Assembly: GCA_043816185.1 (NCBI GenBank)
Contig: JBDRIG010000093.1
Span: 1 to 23,127 of the forward strand
Reading direction: 5' to 3'
Source: Elusimicrobiota bacterium
GTDB lineage: Bacteria; Elusimicrobiota; UBA8919
Length of the DNA: 23,127 nucleotides
Numbering within the stretch: position 1 is the stretch's first letter; every line of letters starts with the position of its first letter. The translations under genes and the position numbers were made by a program. Under the pieces are notes generated by a model. That model was not told the origin of the DNA and searched no databases. It saw only the letters and a program-made list of their open reading frames with translations. Below, one piece after another: positions 1 to 8,737 of the stretch.

Positions 1-2
1 TC

Positions 3-3000
3 TTTACTGCAACTGCAACGCTAACAAATAAATTGGACAATACTGCGATAAGTAATAAAACAGTAAATTTTTCCTTTGGTGCCGAAAGTGAAGAAGCAAC
101 AACCAATTCAATTGGCGTCGCAATAGCAACATTCACCGCACCAATTTCATCAGGAACATATTCTTACAGTGTAAAATTTAACGAGAACGATACCGATGCA
201 ACATATTCTTCAAGTAATGTTATGGGTAGTGTATCTGTCTTGCAACGTCCAACAACAATTCAAATAGACAATATTACAACATTGACGTTAGATGTATTTA
301 CTGCTACTGCTACATTAAGAGATAAATTAAACAATACTGCGATAAGTAATAAAACAGTAAATTTTTACTTTGAAGGAAATGTTTTTAGCACAACGACTAA
401 TTCATTTGGCGTCGCAATATCAACATTCACCGCACCAACATCATCAGGAACGTATGTTTACACCGCGACATTTGATGGTGATGAAACTTATGCGGAAAGT
501 AGTGAAGCAAAATCTGTCTTCGTTCTTCCACGAGAAACCATGCTTGTAGTCTATGATGTTTTAGATGCAGTTACTGAAAAACCGTTTATTGCAAAAAGTA
601 TATTGATGGATACTGACGCTACAGAAAATACGCCTATCGTGGGAAGAACTGTAAAGTTCACGTTTGAAACGGTAAATATAGCATATGGCGTAACGAATGA
701 ATTAGGTATAGCAACCGTTACATTTGTGACACCGCCTACACCCAAAATATACACCTATACTGCTGAATTTTTAGGTGATTCTACCTATCAAGCCAGTAAT
801 GGTGAGGCTACGGTTAGAGCTGGATTATTAACCACATTGACAACCAGCGACGTGAGTACGTTTGCATCGGAACCGTTTAATGTTCAAGCAAAACTTGTCG
901 ATGTGTATGGTGTAAAATTGAACAATAAACCTATAGTTTTCACATTTTTAAATCAAGTACCGTCTGTATTGTTCGTAACCGCAAAAACCAACGATGTTGG
1001 CATCGCAACAGCAACATTTACAGCACCTATTTCCTCTGGAACCCATATTTATACTGCAGAATTTTATGGAGATACTCTCTATGCACCAAGTAATAGTAGC
1101 TCTACAATAAATATTCAACTTAGACCCACCTCCATACTTACATATATTACAAATACTATTGCAAATAGTTCTTTCACGGCTAAAATAGAGTTAAAAGATA
1201 CTCGTTCTAATACTGGAATAGCCAATAAAAACATTAATTTTGTGTTTAATGGTTCAACAAAAACGGTTAAAACAGGTTCTATAACCACAGGCGTAGCAGA
1301 GGCAGAGTTCTTCGCAGTTTCCAATGGTTCATATACCTACACTGCAAATTTTGATGGTGACGATACTTATACAAGCACTGGCTCGACAGGTGATGTAATC
1401 GTTTCTTTACGTTTTACGAGTATGAACGTTTTTGATGTAACTATCCCTGCAAGTAGTTCGTTTACTGCTAAAATAGAACTGAAAGACCCTAGTTCTGATG
1501 AAAATATGCAGGGTAAAATGATAAAATTTGTATTTAATAGTGGACAACCAGAATATGTCGTAACTGGTACCAATAGCATCGCACAAAAAGTTTTTTTAGC
1601 ACCTATGTCATCGGGAACATATACATATACTGCTGAATTTGGTGGGGATGTTGTTTATTCGTCGAGTAGCATTACGGGAATAGTTTCAGTTGGTCAGCGT
1701 TCAACATCTATTTTAATAAGTAATATATCAGCAAGAACCAATACTCCATTTGATATAGAAGCAAAATTGATAGACAACAATACACAAAGCGGTGTTGAAA
1801 ACAAGAACTTGGCTTTTATATTTCAAGAAATTTCTACAACCAGTTTTACTAACAGTATAGGCATTTCTACTGCGACATTTGTTGCTATATCTACGGGGAC
1901 AAATGTTTATTCTGTATCTTTCGTCGGTGATAGTACATATAGCAGTAGTGCTAATAGTGCTAATGTTATCGTTGGCTATAAATCTACTATTTTACTTTCA
2001 GACGAAGCAACTGTTCGGATAAAAGATAATTTTATCGGTAAATCTATTTTGGTTGATTCTACAGGAGCTCCAATATTAAGCAAGGTTATATCGTTTAAAT
2101 TCAACAATGGCGATGTCTACGCAGGAACAACAAACGATTTAGGTATTGCCACCGCAACATTGCCTACCTCTATACTAGAATCCACAGGAACATATAATTA
2201 TTTGTCAAAGTTTGACGGTGATGTTTCTTATGTTGGTGGCGAAGATCTGAAAAAAGTTTATGTGGTTTTGCGTGAAACTAAATTAGAAACTGAGAAAATT
2301 GTTTCTGCACCAAACAAGGCTTTTGGCGTACAGGTAAAATTGTGCGATAATGTTTTTGGTAGCCCAGCATTTAATGATCCAATAGATTCAAAGTCAATAA
2401 CATTTGAATTTTACGACGGTATTTCTACCCACACAAAAGTTGCCACAACTAATTATTTAGGAATAGCAGCCACGTCCTTCACAGCACTAAGTTCTACAGG
2501 AACCTATAACTATGTAGCAAAATTTGAAGGTAATAATATTTATGAAAAAATTGGTAGCAATAATTTGGTTCAGGTTTTGATGGCCACAGGTGAAGGCAAG
2601 GTTGAAACCATTTTGTCTGCCGAAGATATAAGAACCTTTGTTAATGAGGTATTTACATCTACAGCAACATTGGTTTCCTCGGGGATACCAGTTTCATGTA
2701 AAATAATAACATTCGAATTTTACAACGGTGTTAATAATTTAGCAAGGACGACTGCTACAACTAATAATTATGGTGTGGCAACAGCAACGTTTACTGCTCT
2801 TATCTCCGCAGAAACAACATATACAGCGTCTTTTGCTGACGACGAAATTTATTCTTCAAGTAGCGATACGGCTAAAATTTCGATATTAAAACGTCCAACG
2901 ATTTTAATACCGATAGACATAGCAGTATACTCATTAGAAATTTTTACCGCTACATCTACGTTAAAAGATACTCTAACCTCTCAACCGCTTTATAATAAAA

Positions 3001-4553
3001 AAATCACATTTGAATTTTTTGATGGCATATCAACAAATACAAAAACAACTGATACAAGTAATTCGGGCGTAGCAAATGTTGATTTTATATCGCCATCATT
3101 CCCAGGACGCTATAGTTACATAGTAAGATTTAGCGGAAACGACGAAGATAGCGTATATGCGGGGACTATTGCGGAGGGTTCTATTATCGTCAATTCCAAA
3201 GGCGAACAACCATATTTAATATTGAATGATATTGTAGTTGGTCAAGAAAAGGTTTTCTATCCTACCGCAACTTTTACATTTAAGGGACTACCTGTTAAAA
3301 GTAAGTTGGTAACATTTGAATTTGAAAATAAAATTATAAAATCAACTACTAACGTAGATGGTATTGCGACAACATCATTTGTTGCGCCAACTTTTGCGGG
3401 TAATTATAAATGCACGGCAACTTTTGCGGGTGATAAAGATTATATTGGAGTTAAATCTACAGCAACAGTTTCGGTAGTAGAAATTATTGTTGTCGAAGAT
3501 CCATATTATATAAAAATAGCAACTATAACAAAAAATAAAATAACTTTTTCTTGGACGAAAGTAATAAAATATAAAGAGAAAATTAAAAATTATGTTGTTG
3601 AAAAAACAAATAGTCTTGAAGGTAGATGGGAAAAAGTATATTCTGTAGACAAGAACTCTGCTTTAACTTTTACAGATATAAGGATGGAAGGAGAAACAGT
3701 TTATTATCGCGTAAAAACTATCTTTTGTGATGGGCAGGAAAGTAAGGGATTGGCGATAATTGAAGTTCCTAATTATGTAGAAGAAATAGAAAACATTGGC
3801 TATATTTATACCAGTGAAGATAGAAATGCAAAAGTTGAACTGCCAAATAAGATTATGGATGACATACAAGAACAAACTGTTAATCAATTACCAATTAGGT
3901 TAGTAATTTCCAAAGAAGAAAATTCTAATTTTTTATTCGTGTATGATATAAAAATTGTTGATTCGGATGGTAGGGCATTGGATGATAAAATACTTAAAAA
4001 TACACCGAAAGGGATTAGAATTAGTGTTTCTTACAAGAATGTTTTAGGTGTAATTTCTGCCGCTGGTTCTTCCAAAGAGTCTGTTGTCGGTTCTTCCGGA
4101 AAGCCTGCCGCTGGTTTAAATGGGCAACAAGTTGCAATCTACTGGTTCAATAGCGTTGAATGGATAAAATTAGGTGGCACGAACAATATATTCTCAAGCG
4201 AATCTTATATATATTCTCGTACAATAGGAAAATTTGGATTAAAAGCTGGTTCATTAGCGAAAGAGTTCACTTTAACAGAAGTAGTTCCAAAAATATTCAC
4301 ACCAGAAGAATCTTCCGATGTAATAAACAAGGTCAGATTTATATTCGAGAATCCGAAAAATAGTGAAGTTACGATAAAAATATTTGATATAACAGGAGCA
4401 ATAATAAAAAGAAATCTTGAAAGGGAATCAGATAATATTCTTTGCTGGGATGGGCGTGATATAAACAGCGATATTGTTAGAGGTGGAATATATATTTACC
4501 AGATTGAGTCCGAGGAAAAAATTATTACAGGAACAATAGTAGTAGCTAAATAA
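3..4553 (+). CDS. Giant surface/adhesin-like protein, 5'-truncated by window edge: ~12 tandem ~98-aa bacterial Ig-like repeats, FN3-like domain, linker domain, and a C-terminal FlgD-Ig/T9SS type-B-like (gliding motility-associated) sorting domain
   Basis: The frame is open from nt 3 (FTATATLTNKLDN...), so the TTG at 33 is not the true start. Recurring unit: 'F.ATATL.D.....I.NKT..F.F......TTN..G.AT.TF.AP..SGTY.YTA.F.GD..Y..S'. FN3-like 'KITFSWTK...YVVEK....W.....FTD....GETVYYRV'. C-terminus 'VVPKIFTP...RFIFENP...VTIKIFDITG...WDGRD...GGIYIYQI...GTIVVAK*'. Confidence 0.85.
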   Translation, partial: FTATATLTNKLDNTAISNKTVNFSFGAESEEATTNSIGVAIATFTAPISSGTYSYSVKFNENDTDATYSSSNVMGSVSVLQRPTTIQIDNITTLTLDVFTATATLRDKLNNTAISNKTVNFYFEGNVFSTTTNSFGVAISTFTAPTSSGTYVYTATFDGDETYAESSEAKSVFVLPRETMLVVYDVLDAVTEKPFIAKSILMDTDATENTPIVGRTVKFTFETVNIAYGVTNELGIATVTFVTPPTPKIYTYTAEFLGDSTYQASNGEATVRAGLLTTLTTSDVSTFASEPFNVQAKLVDVYGVKLNNKPIVFTFLNQVPSVLFVTAKTNDVGIATATFTAPISSGTHIYTAEFYGDTLYAPSNSSSTINIQLRPTSILTYITNTIANSSFTAKIELKDTRSNTGIANKNINFVFNGSTKTVKTGSITTGVAEAEFFAVSNGSYTYTANFDGDDTYTSTGSTGDVIVSLRFTSMNVFDVTIPASSSFTAKIELKDPSSDENMQGKMIKFVFNSGQPEYVVTGTNSIAQKVFLAPMSSGTYTYTAEFGGDVVYSSSSITGIVSVGQRSTSILISNISARTNTPFDIEAKLIDNNTQSGVENKNLAFIFQEISTTSFTNSIGISTATFVAISTGTNVYSVSFVGDSTYSSSANSANVIVGYKSTILLSDEATVRIKDNFIGKSILVDSTGAPILSKVISFKFNNGDVYAGTTNDLGIATATLPTSILESTGTYNYLSKFDGDVSYVGGEDLKKVYVVLRETKLETEKIVSAPNKAFGVQVKLCDNVFGSPAFNDPIDSKSITFEFYDGISTHTKVATTNYLGIAATSFTALSSTGTYNYVAKFEGNNIYEKIGSNNLVQVLMATGEGKVETILSAEDIRTFVNEVFTSTATLVSSGIPVSCKIITFEFYNGVNNLARTTATTNNYGVATATFTALISAETTYTASFADDEIYSSSSDTAKISILKRPTILIPIDIAVYSLEIFTATSTLKDTLTSQPLYNKKITFEFFDGISTNTKTTDTSNSGVANVDFISPSFPGRYSYIVRFSGNDEDSVYAGTIAEGSIIVNSKGEQPYLILNDIVVGQEKVFYPTATFTFKGLPVKSKLVTFEFENKIIKSTTNVDGIATTSFVAPTFAGNYKCTATFAGDKDYIGVKSTATVSVVEIIVVEDPYYIKIATITKNKITFSWTKVIKYKEKIKNYVVEKTNSLEGRWEKVYSVDKNSALTFTDIRMEGETVYYRVKTIFCDGQESKGLAIIEVPNYVEEIENIGYIYTSEDRNAKVELPNKIMDDIQEQTVNQLPIRLVISKEENSNFLFVYDIKIVDSDGRALDDKILKNTPKGIRISVSYKNVLGVISAAGSSKESVVGSSGKPAAGLNGQQVAIYWFNSVEWIKLGGTNNIFSSESYIYSRTIGKFGLKAGSLAKEFTLTEVVPKIFTPEESSDVINKVRFIFENPKNSEVTIKIFDITGAIIKRNLERESDNILCWDGRDINSDIVRGGIYIYQIESEEKIITGTIVVAK
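38..455 (+). repeat. Near-identical intragenic DNA repeat, 294-bp period (first two Ig-like units)
   Basis: caatactgcgataagtaataaaacagtaaatttt at 38 and 332; ttggcgtcgcaata(g/t)caacattcaccgcaccaa..tcatcaggaac.tat at 112 and 406. Confidence 0.9.
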
Positions 4554-4602
4554 TTCTATACGAGTGTGTAATGCCTTTTTAATTGTCTCGAGATATAAAA
4601 TT

Positions 4603-6270
4603 ATGAAAAAAATTATTTTTATTACGCTTTCACTATCCGCTATCTACTGTCTAATAGCAACCAATTCATACTCTGCTTTTGAAGACATGGATGGTGGGCC
4701 AAGGGTTAAATCTATGGCTGGTGCATTTGTTGCACAAAGCGACGATGTCAATAGTATATTTTATAATCCAGCAGGAATAATAGGAATAAAAAGAAAAGAA
4801 ATATTGTTAACATATGAAAATTTATTAATTGGTCTATCGGACAATAGCAATATCGCTCATAATTTAATAGTATTTGGTTCGCCGATTAAATATAAAACAC
4901 AATATTTGGGCAATGCGTGTATCGGATATAACAATTTGTCGTTAAATAATTTATATAATGAAAATTTAATATTGTTTAGTTGTGCACATAGGTTTAAAAA
5001 TAATCTATCTGCCTTGTCTGCTGGGTTGAATTTTGGTATTATGACGGTAAGTTATAGTGAAGATGAATATACAAAAATCAATCCTGTGTTTGAAAATGTG
5101 TATCGGAAGACAGGATTTAATTTAGATATAGGTGCAATTTACAACTGGAAAAATATAAATTTTGGTATTTCAATAATGAATCTCAATGAGCCAGATTTAG
5201 GATTAAAATACTCTAACAAAGTTAGTAGAAAAATAAATTTTGGAGTGAGCGTTAAGCAAGAAGCATCTATATGGAATGCGGAAATTACGTCGATGAATAA
5301 AGACCTCAAACTTAAAATAGGTACAGAAAGATTGTTGCTGCCAGAATTATTAAAACAAAAAATTCTTTTACGTACTGGAATAAATATTGGTTCTCGTGAA
5401 TATAGAAATATAAGTGTTGGCACTGGATTTAAGGATAAAAATTATTTAATAGATTATTCGTTTATATACCCGCTTGGTGGAATATCAGGTACAATTGGTT
5501 CACATCAATTAGGGCTAACCTATCGATGGGGTGAATCAATCGAAGAAGAAGCAAAAGTGGAATTATCAAAATTACTAGAAGCATCAGGATATATTGAAAA
5601 AGCGAGATTTGCTGAAAAACTCTTGCCATCCGAACCAGTTGAAATTTCCCAACAAGAACGTAAACAGGCACAAGAATTAATAGCGTCTGCAAAAAAAGAA
5701 ATCGATGCTGGGTATTACAAAAATGCACTTGAAAAACTTAAAGCAGCACGGCAAATACTTAAAGATGCTCCTGCAGTTAACGAATTGATTATTAAAATTG
5801 AACCTATAGCACAAATAATTCCTGAAATAATCGCTGTTGATAAAAAAGATTCATTATTGAGAAAAGGTATAGATAAATATTTAGCCAACAATGGAGAGAG
5901 TGCGCTAAATTTCATGATTTATGCTTCACAATTATGGTCTCAAGATGAAAATATTAAGCTATTAAAAGATATTATTATGGAAAAATTCTCTGAAACTAGT
6001 CCTACTGTAGAGAGAGTTCTTCCAGGGATAACCATAGTCGATCAACTACTACAAGATGTGTTAGGCTTGATTCGCTCTAGCAGATTTGTTCAGGCAGTAG
6101 TTGTATGCGAAAAAATCTTAGAGGTAGAACCTGATAATGTAATTGCATTAACAAGGCAAGGTTCTGCATACTGGGCTATGAATAAAAAAGAAATGGCTAA
6201 AAAAATATGGGAAAAAGTATTAAAACTTGATCCCAATAACAAAGAAATTATCGAATTTTTTAAAAAATAA
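4603..6270 (+). CDS. PorP/SprF-like (T9SS-type) outer-membrane beta-barrel with C-terminal TPR domain
   Basis: Likely start is ATG 4603 (MKKIIFITL, signal peptide). N-terminal 'GPRVKSMAGAFVAQSDDVNSIFYNPAG', alternating beta-strand pattern, 'NLNEPDLG', and barrel end 'DYSFIYPLGGISGTIGSHQLGLTYRWG' resembling the PorP/SprF GSHE motif. Helical TPRs follow ('CEKILEVEPDN...AKKIWEKVLKLDPNN'). Confidence 0.7.
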   Translation: MKKIIFITLSLSAIYCLIATNSYSAFEDMDGGPRVKSMAGAFVAQSDDVNSIFYNPAGIIGIKRKEILLTYENLLIGLSDNSNIAHNLIVFGSPIKYKTQYLGNACIGYNNLSLNNLYNENLILFSCAHRFKNNLSALSAGLNFGIMTVSYSEDEYTKINPVFENVYRKTGFNLDIGAIYNWKNINFGISIMNLNEPDLGLKYSNKVSRKINFGVSVKQEASIWNAEITSMNKDLKLKIGTERLLLPELLKQKILLRTGINIGSREYRNISVGTGFKDKNYLIDYSFIYPLGGISGTIGSHQLGLTYRWGESIEEEAKVELSKLLEASGYIEKARFAEKLLPSEPVEISQQERKQAQELIASAKKEIDAGYYKNALEKLKAARQILKDAPAVNELIIKIEPIAQIIPEIIAVDKKDSLLRKGIDKYLANNGESALNFMIYASQLWSQDENIKLLKDIIMEKFSETSPTVERVLPGITIVDQLLQDVLGLIRSSRFVQAVVVCEKILEVEPDNVIALTRQGSAYWAMNKKEMAKKIWEKVLKLDPNNKEIIEFFKK

Positions 6271-6280
6271 TAGTAAAAAA

Positions 6281-6970
6281 ATGGAAAAAACAAATAAAAA
6301 AGTACTTCAATCGCCGCTAATATGGTTAACTGTATATTCTGATTGGATAACCAATATGACGTTGTTTTTCATTCTTTTGTTTTACGTTGCTTTTACTGCT
6401 ATGGACAAAGGATTGAGAGAAGATGAGATGTATAAACTTATGAAAGGAATGGTTTCAACGCTTAAAAAGCAAACTTTCAAAGAAGAATTAAACGAAACAA
6501 TATCAAAAATTACAGAAATTAAAGAGGTATCTGGTATAACTATTGCTGAGAAAGAAATGAAAGTGACATTATCAGAAACAATTCTTTTTGATTCTGGAAA
6601 TGCCGTATTGAAAGAGAATGGTAAAAAAATTTTAATCCAAGTAATGCAGAATTTTAAGGGTTTGCAATATCCAATATTAATTGAAGGACATAGTTGTAAT
6701 CTTCCCTTAAAACAAAAAATATCACCAAAGCTTAAAAAATGGGAGTTGGCTATTCTTCGTTCAGCTGGATCAGGTCCCTATAGGGATAATTGGGAACTTT
6801 CTACCACAAGATCAATCAAAATTGTTGAATTTTTGACGCATGAAAAAATTATTGAACCGAAGAGAATTAGGGTTGTTGCTTGTGGACCCTCAGAACCACT
6901 CTTCCCGAATGATGGCGAGGAAAATCGCAAAAAAAATCGTAGAATAGAAATAAAAATAATAAAAGAATGA
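6281..6970 (+). CDS. MotB-like stator protein 1 (N-terminal TM with conserved Asp, OmpA-like C-terminal domain)
   Basis: Likely start is ATG 6281. TM 'WLTVYSDWITNMTLFFILLFY' matches the MotB W..TY.D..TLL..FF.LL pattern. OmpA-like domain 'ILFDSGNAVLK...IEGHSCN...DNWELSTTR...KNRRIEI'. Confidence 0.85.
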   Translation: MEKTNKKVLQSPLIWLTVYSDWITNMTLFFILLFYVAFTAMDKGLREDEMYKLMKGMVSTLKKQTFKEELNETISKITEIKEVSGITIAEKEMKVTLSETILFDSGNAVLKENGKKILIQVMQNFKGLQYPILIEGHSCNLPLKQKISPKLKKWELAILRSAGSGPYRDNWELSTTRSIKIVEFLTHEKIIEPKRIRVVACGPSEPLFPNDGEENRKKNRRIEIKIIKE

Positions 6971-7557
6971 ACAGAAAAGATGTTAATAATTTAGCAAGCC
7001 AATCTTACCAACTGCCATATATTTCTTTAATGACCGTCCTGTGTATATACTTTATAAGCCTATATGTATATTTCAATAAGTTAGCTGCTAAAAACACAAA
7101 ACAAAAAAGTGAAATTACACAGGAAATATTTGATGAAATTGAAGAAATAAGTAAAGATGTGGCTAATGTAGAGATTACCCAAGATAAAATAAAAATAACA
7201 CTCCCGTCAGATATAGTATTTAATTTAGGCGATAGTAGTATAAAAAAAGAATTAGAACCAGTATTGAAAAAACTGGCTAAGACATTTAAACTCCTACCAG
7301 AAGAATATCTAATAATATTTGAAGGACATACCGATAATTCTCCCGTCTGGTACGGTGGAAACTTTTTTTCCAATTGGGAATTATCTGCATATAGAGCATT
7401 AAGCTTGCAATATTTTTTTGTCGACGAAGGTATTAAGCCAGAAAAAATGCGTATTGTAGGGTATGGCGAATTCAAATTATTGTTTCAAAATGATACCGAA
7501 GAGCATAAAACAGCTAATAGAAGAGTGGAAATTATATTGAAAAAAAGGGGAAAATAA
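6967..7557 (+). CDS. MotB-like protein 2 (TM lacking the conserved Asp, canonical OmpA/MotB peptidoglycan-binding domain)
   Basis: ATGA overlap with the upstream gene. TM 'YQLPYISLMTVLCIYFISLY'. Domain 'FEGHTDNSP...NWELSAYRA...VGYGEF...NRRVEI'. Confidence 0.85.
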   Translation: MNRKDVNNLASQSYQLPYISLMTVLCIYFISLYVYFNKLAAKNTKQKSEITQEIFDEIEEISKDVANVEITQDKIKITLPSDIVFNLGDSSIKKELEPVLKKLAKTFKLLPEEYLIIFEGHTDNSPVWYGGNFFSNWELSAYRALSLQYFFVDEGIKPEKMRIVGYGEFKLLFQNDTEEHKTANRRVEIILKKRGK

Positions 7558-8291
7558 TGATTGCTGATATAATGAGTATAATTTTTTTCTTTTCATCGGT
7601 TTATTTTTCTTTCCCTGACGGCGGAACAATGTTGGTAAAATTTGGTAAAGAAAATAATAATGAGATTGCGGATGTGATTAAAATGGATATGTTAAAAGGA
7701 GAAAAAGTATACAATGTTCTGTCGTTATTAGGATGGAAACCACGTATTGATTGGTTAATTTTAACCCCCTACGATAATAAATTGGATGATAAAATGTATC
7801 ACGTTTTTAACAACTTTAATATTGGGGAAATTTACTTCACTTTTGATTATCGAAAATTTAGTAAACGTTTTGAAATATTGAATGAAGATATTGGTAAAAT
7901 ACTTCTTCAAATATCGTTAAACAATTATCGAGTTTTTAATCTTAAGGAAAAGGAAACAATAGATCTTTTACAATCAATCTCGGGCGTTAAATTCTATAAA
8001 ATATTACCTATTGAAAAATTACAAGGCCTAAAAGAAAGCCAGCATATATGTTTTATCGTAGAGTATAATCAAATAAAGATTTTAATTACAAGCGAGTTAA
8101 CGAAAGAAGAGCAAAATTATATTATTACAAATTTTGCAGATAAAATTAAATCACAAATATTTTACCATCCAGCGAATATCGAACCAGAGTTTTTTTACGC
8201 AGTTAATGCGTCTTGGAAAATTCAATACGGCGAGCATAGAGCATTATTAATTAATGGTGAAAAGATTTTTGAGAGGAGGGATGCTAAATGA
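7557..8291 (+). CDS. Hypothetical protein, degenerate ComEC/Rec2-like metallo-beta-lactamase fold
   Basis: TAATG coupling. 'RIDWLILTPYDNK' and 'FIVEYNQIKILITSEL' resemble ComEC-MBL 'IDLLILTHPHxDH' and 'LxYGxxSFLFTGD' without the His/Asp ligands. Confidence 0.5.
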   Translation: MIADIMSIIFFFSSVYFSFPDGGTMLVKFGKENNNEIADVIKMDMLKGEKVYNVLSLLGWKPRIDWLILTPYDNKLDDKMYHVFNNFNIGEIYFTFDYRKFSKRFEILNEDIGKILLQISLNNYRVFNLKEKETIDLLQSISGVKFYKILPIEKLQGLKESQHICFIVEYNQIKILITSELTKEEQNYIITNFADKIKSQIFYHPANIEPEFFYAVNASWKIQYGEHRALLINGEKIFERRDAK

Positions 8292-8737
8292 AAAACAAAT
8301 CAAAAAGAAGTTTACTGATGTTGATTAAATCTAATATTCCAGGAATTAGAGAATATATTTCTCTATCTTTTATAGTTTTAATCATACTGTTATTTTTAGT
8401 GATATTCAGCAGTTATTTGTTTATTAAAAGTCTTCAAATAGGTCAGTATGCTGACACTATAATTAGTAGAAATGCGTATGTAATAATAATTTTTTGGATA
8501 GTATCCACAATAATTTTGTTTCTAATTTTTGTAAGGAAAATATTGGAAATGAGCGAGCATATTGTAGGCCCTACAAGAAGAATAGAACGAGAATTGGATA
8601 AAATACTTAATGGTGAAAAAAATATTCATATTGTTCTAAGAAGAAGCGATATCTTGTTTGATGTAGTAAAAAAAATCAATCAAGTATTAGATATGTTCGA
8701 AAAAAAATATGATAAAGATAGCAATGAAAATTTATAA
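8288..8737 (+). CDS. Small two-TM membrane protein with a C-terminal HAMP-like domain and no output domain
   Basis: SD gaggagg and ATGA overlap. Two hydrophobic segments, then 'SEHIVGPTRRIERELDKILNGE...LRRSDILFDVVKKINQVL'. Confidence 0.65.
   Translation: MKNKSKRSLLMLIKSNIPGIREYISLSFIVLIILLFLVIFSSYLFIKSLQIGQYADTIISRNAYVIIIFWIVSTIILFLIFVRKILEMSEHIVGPTRRIERELDKILNGEKNIHIVLRRSDILFDVVKKINQVLDMFEKKYDKDSNENL

Noticed and set aside
3388..3431. 14-bp direct repeat caacttttgcgggt at 30-bp spacing
   Set aside because: It encodes TFAG twice within one Ig unit and is too short to indicate a separate element.
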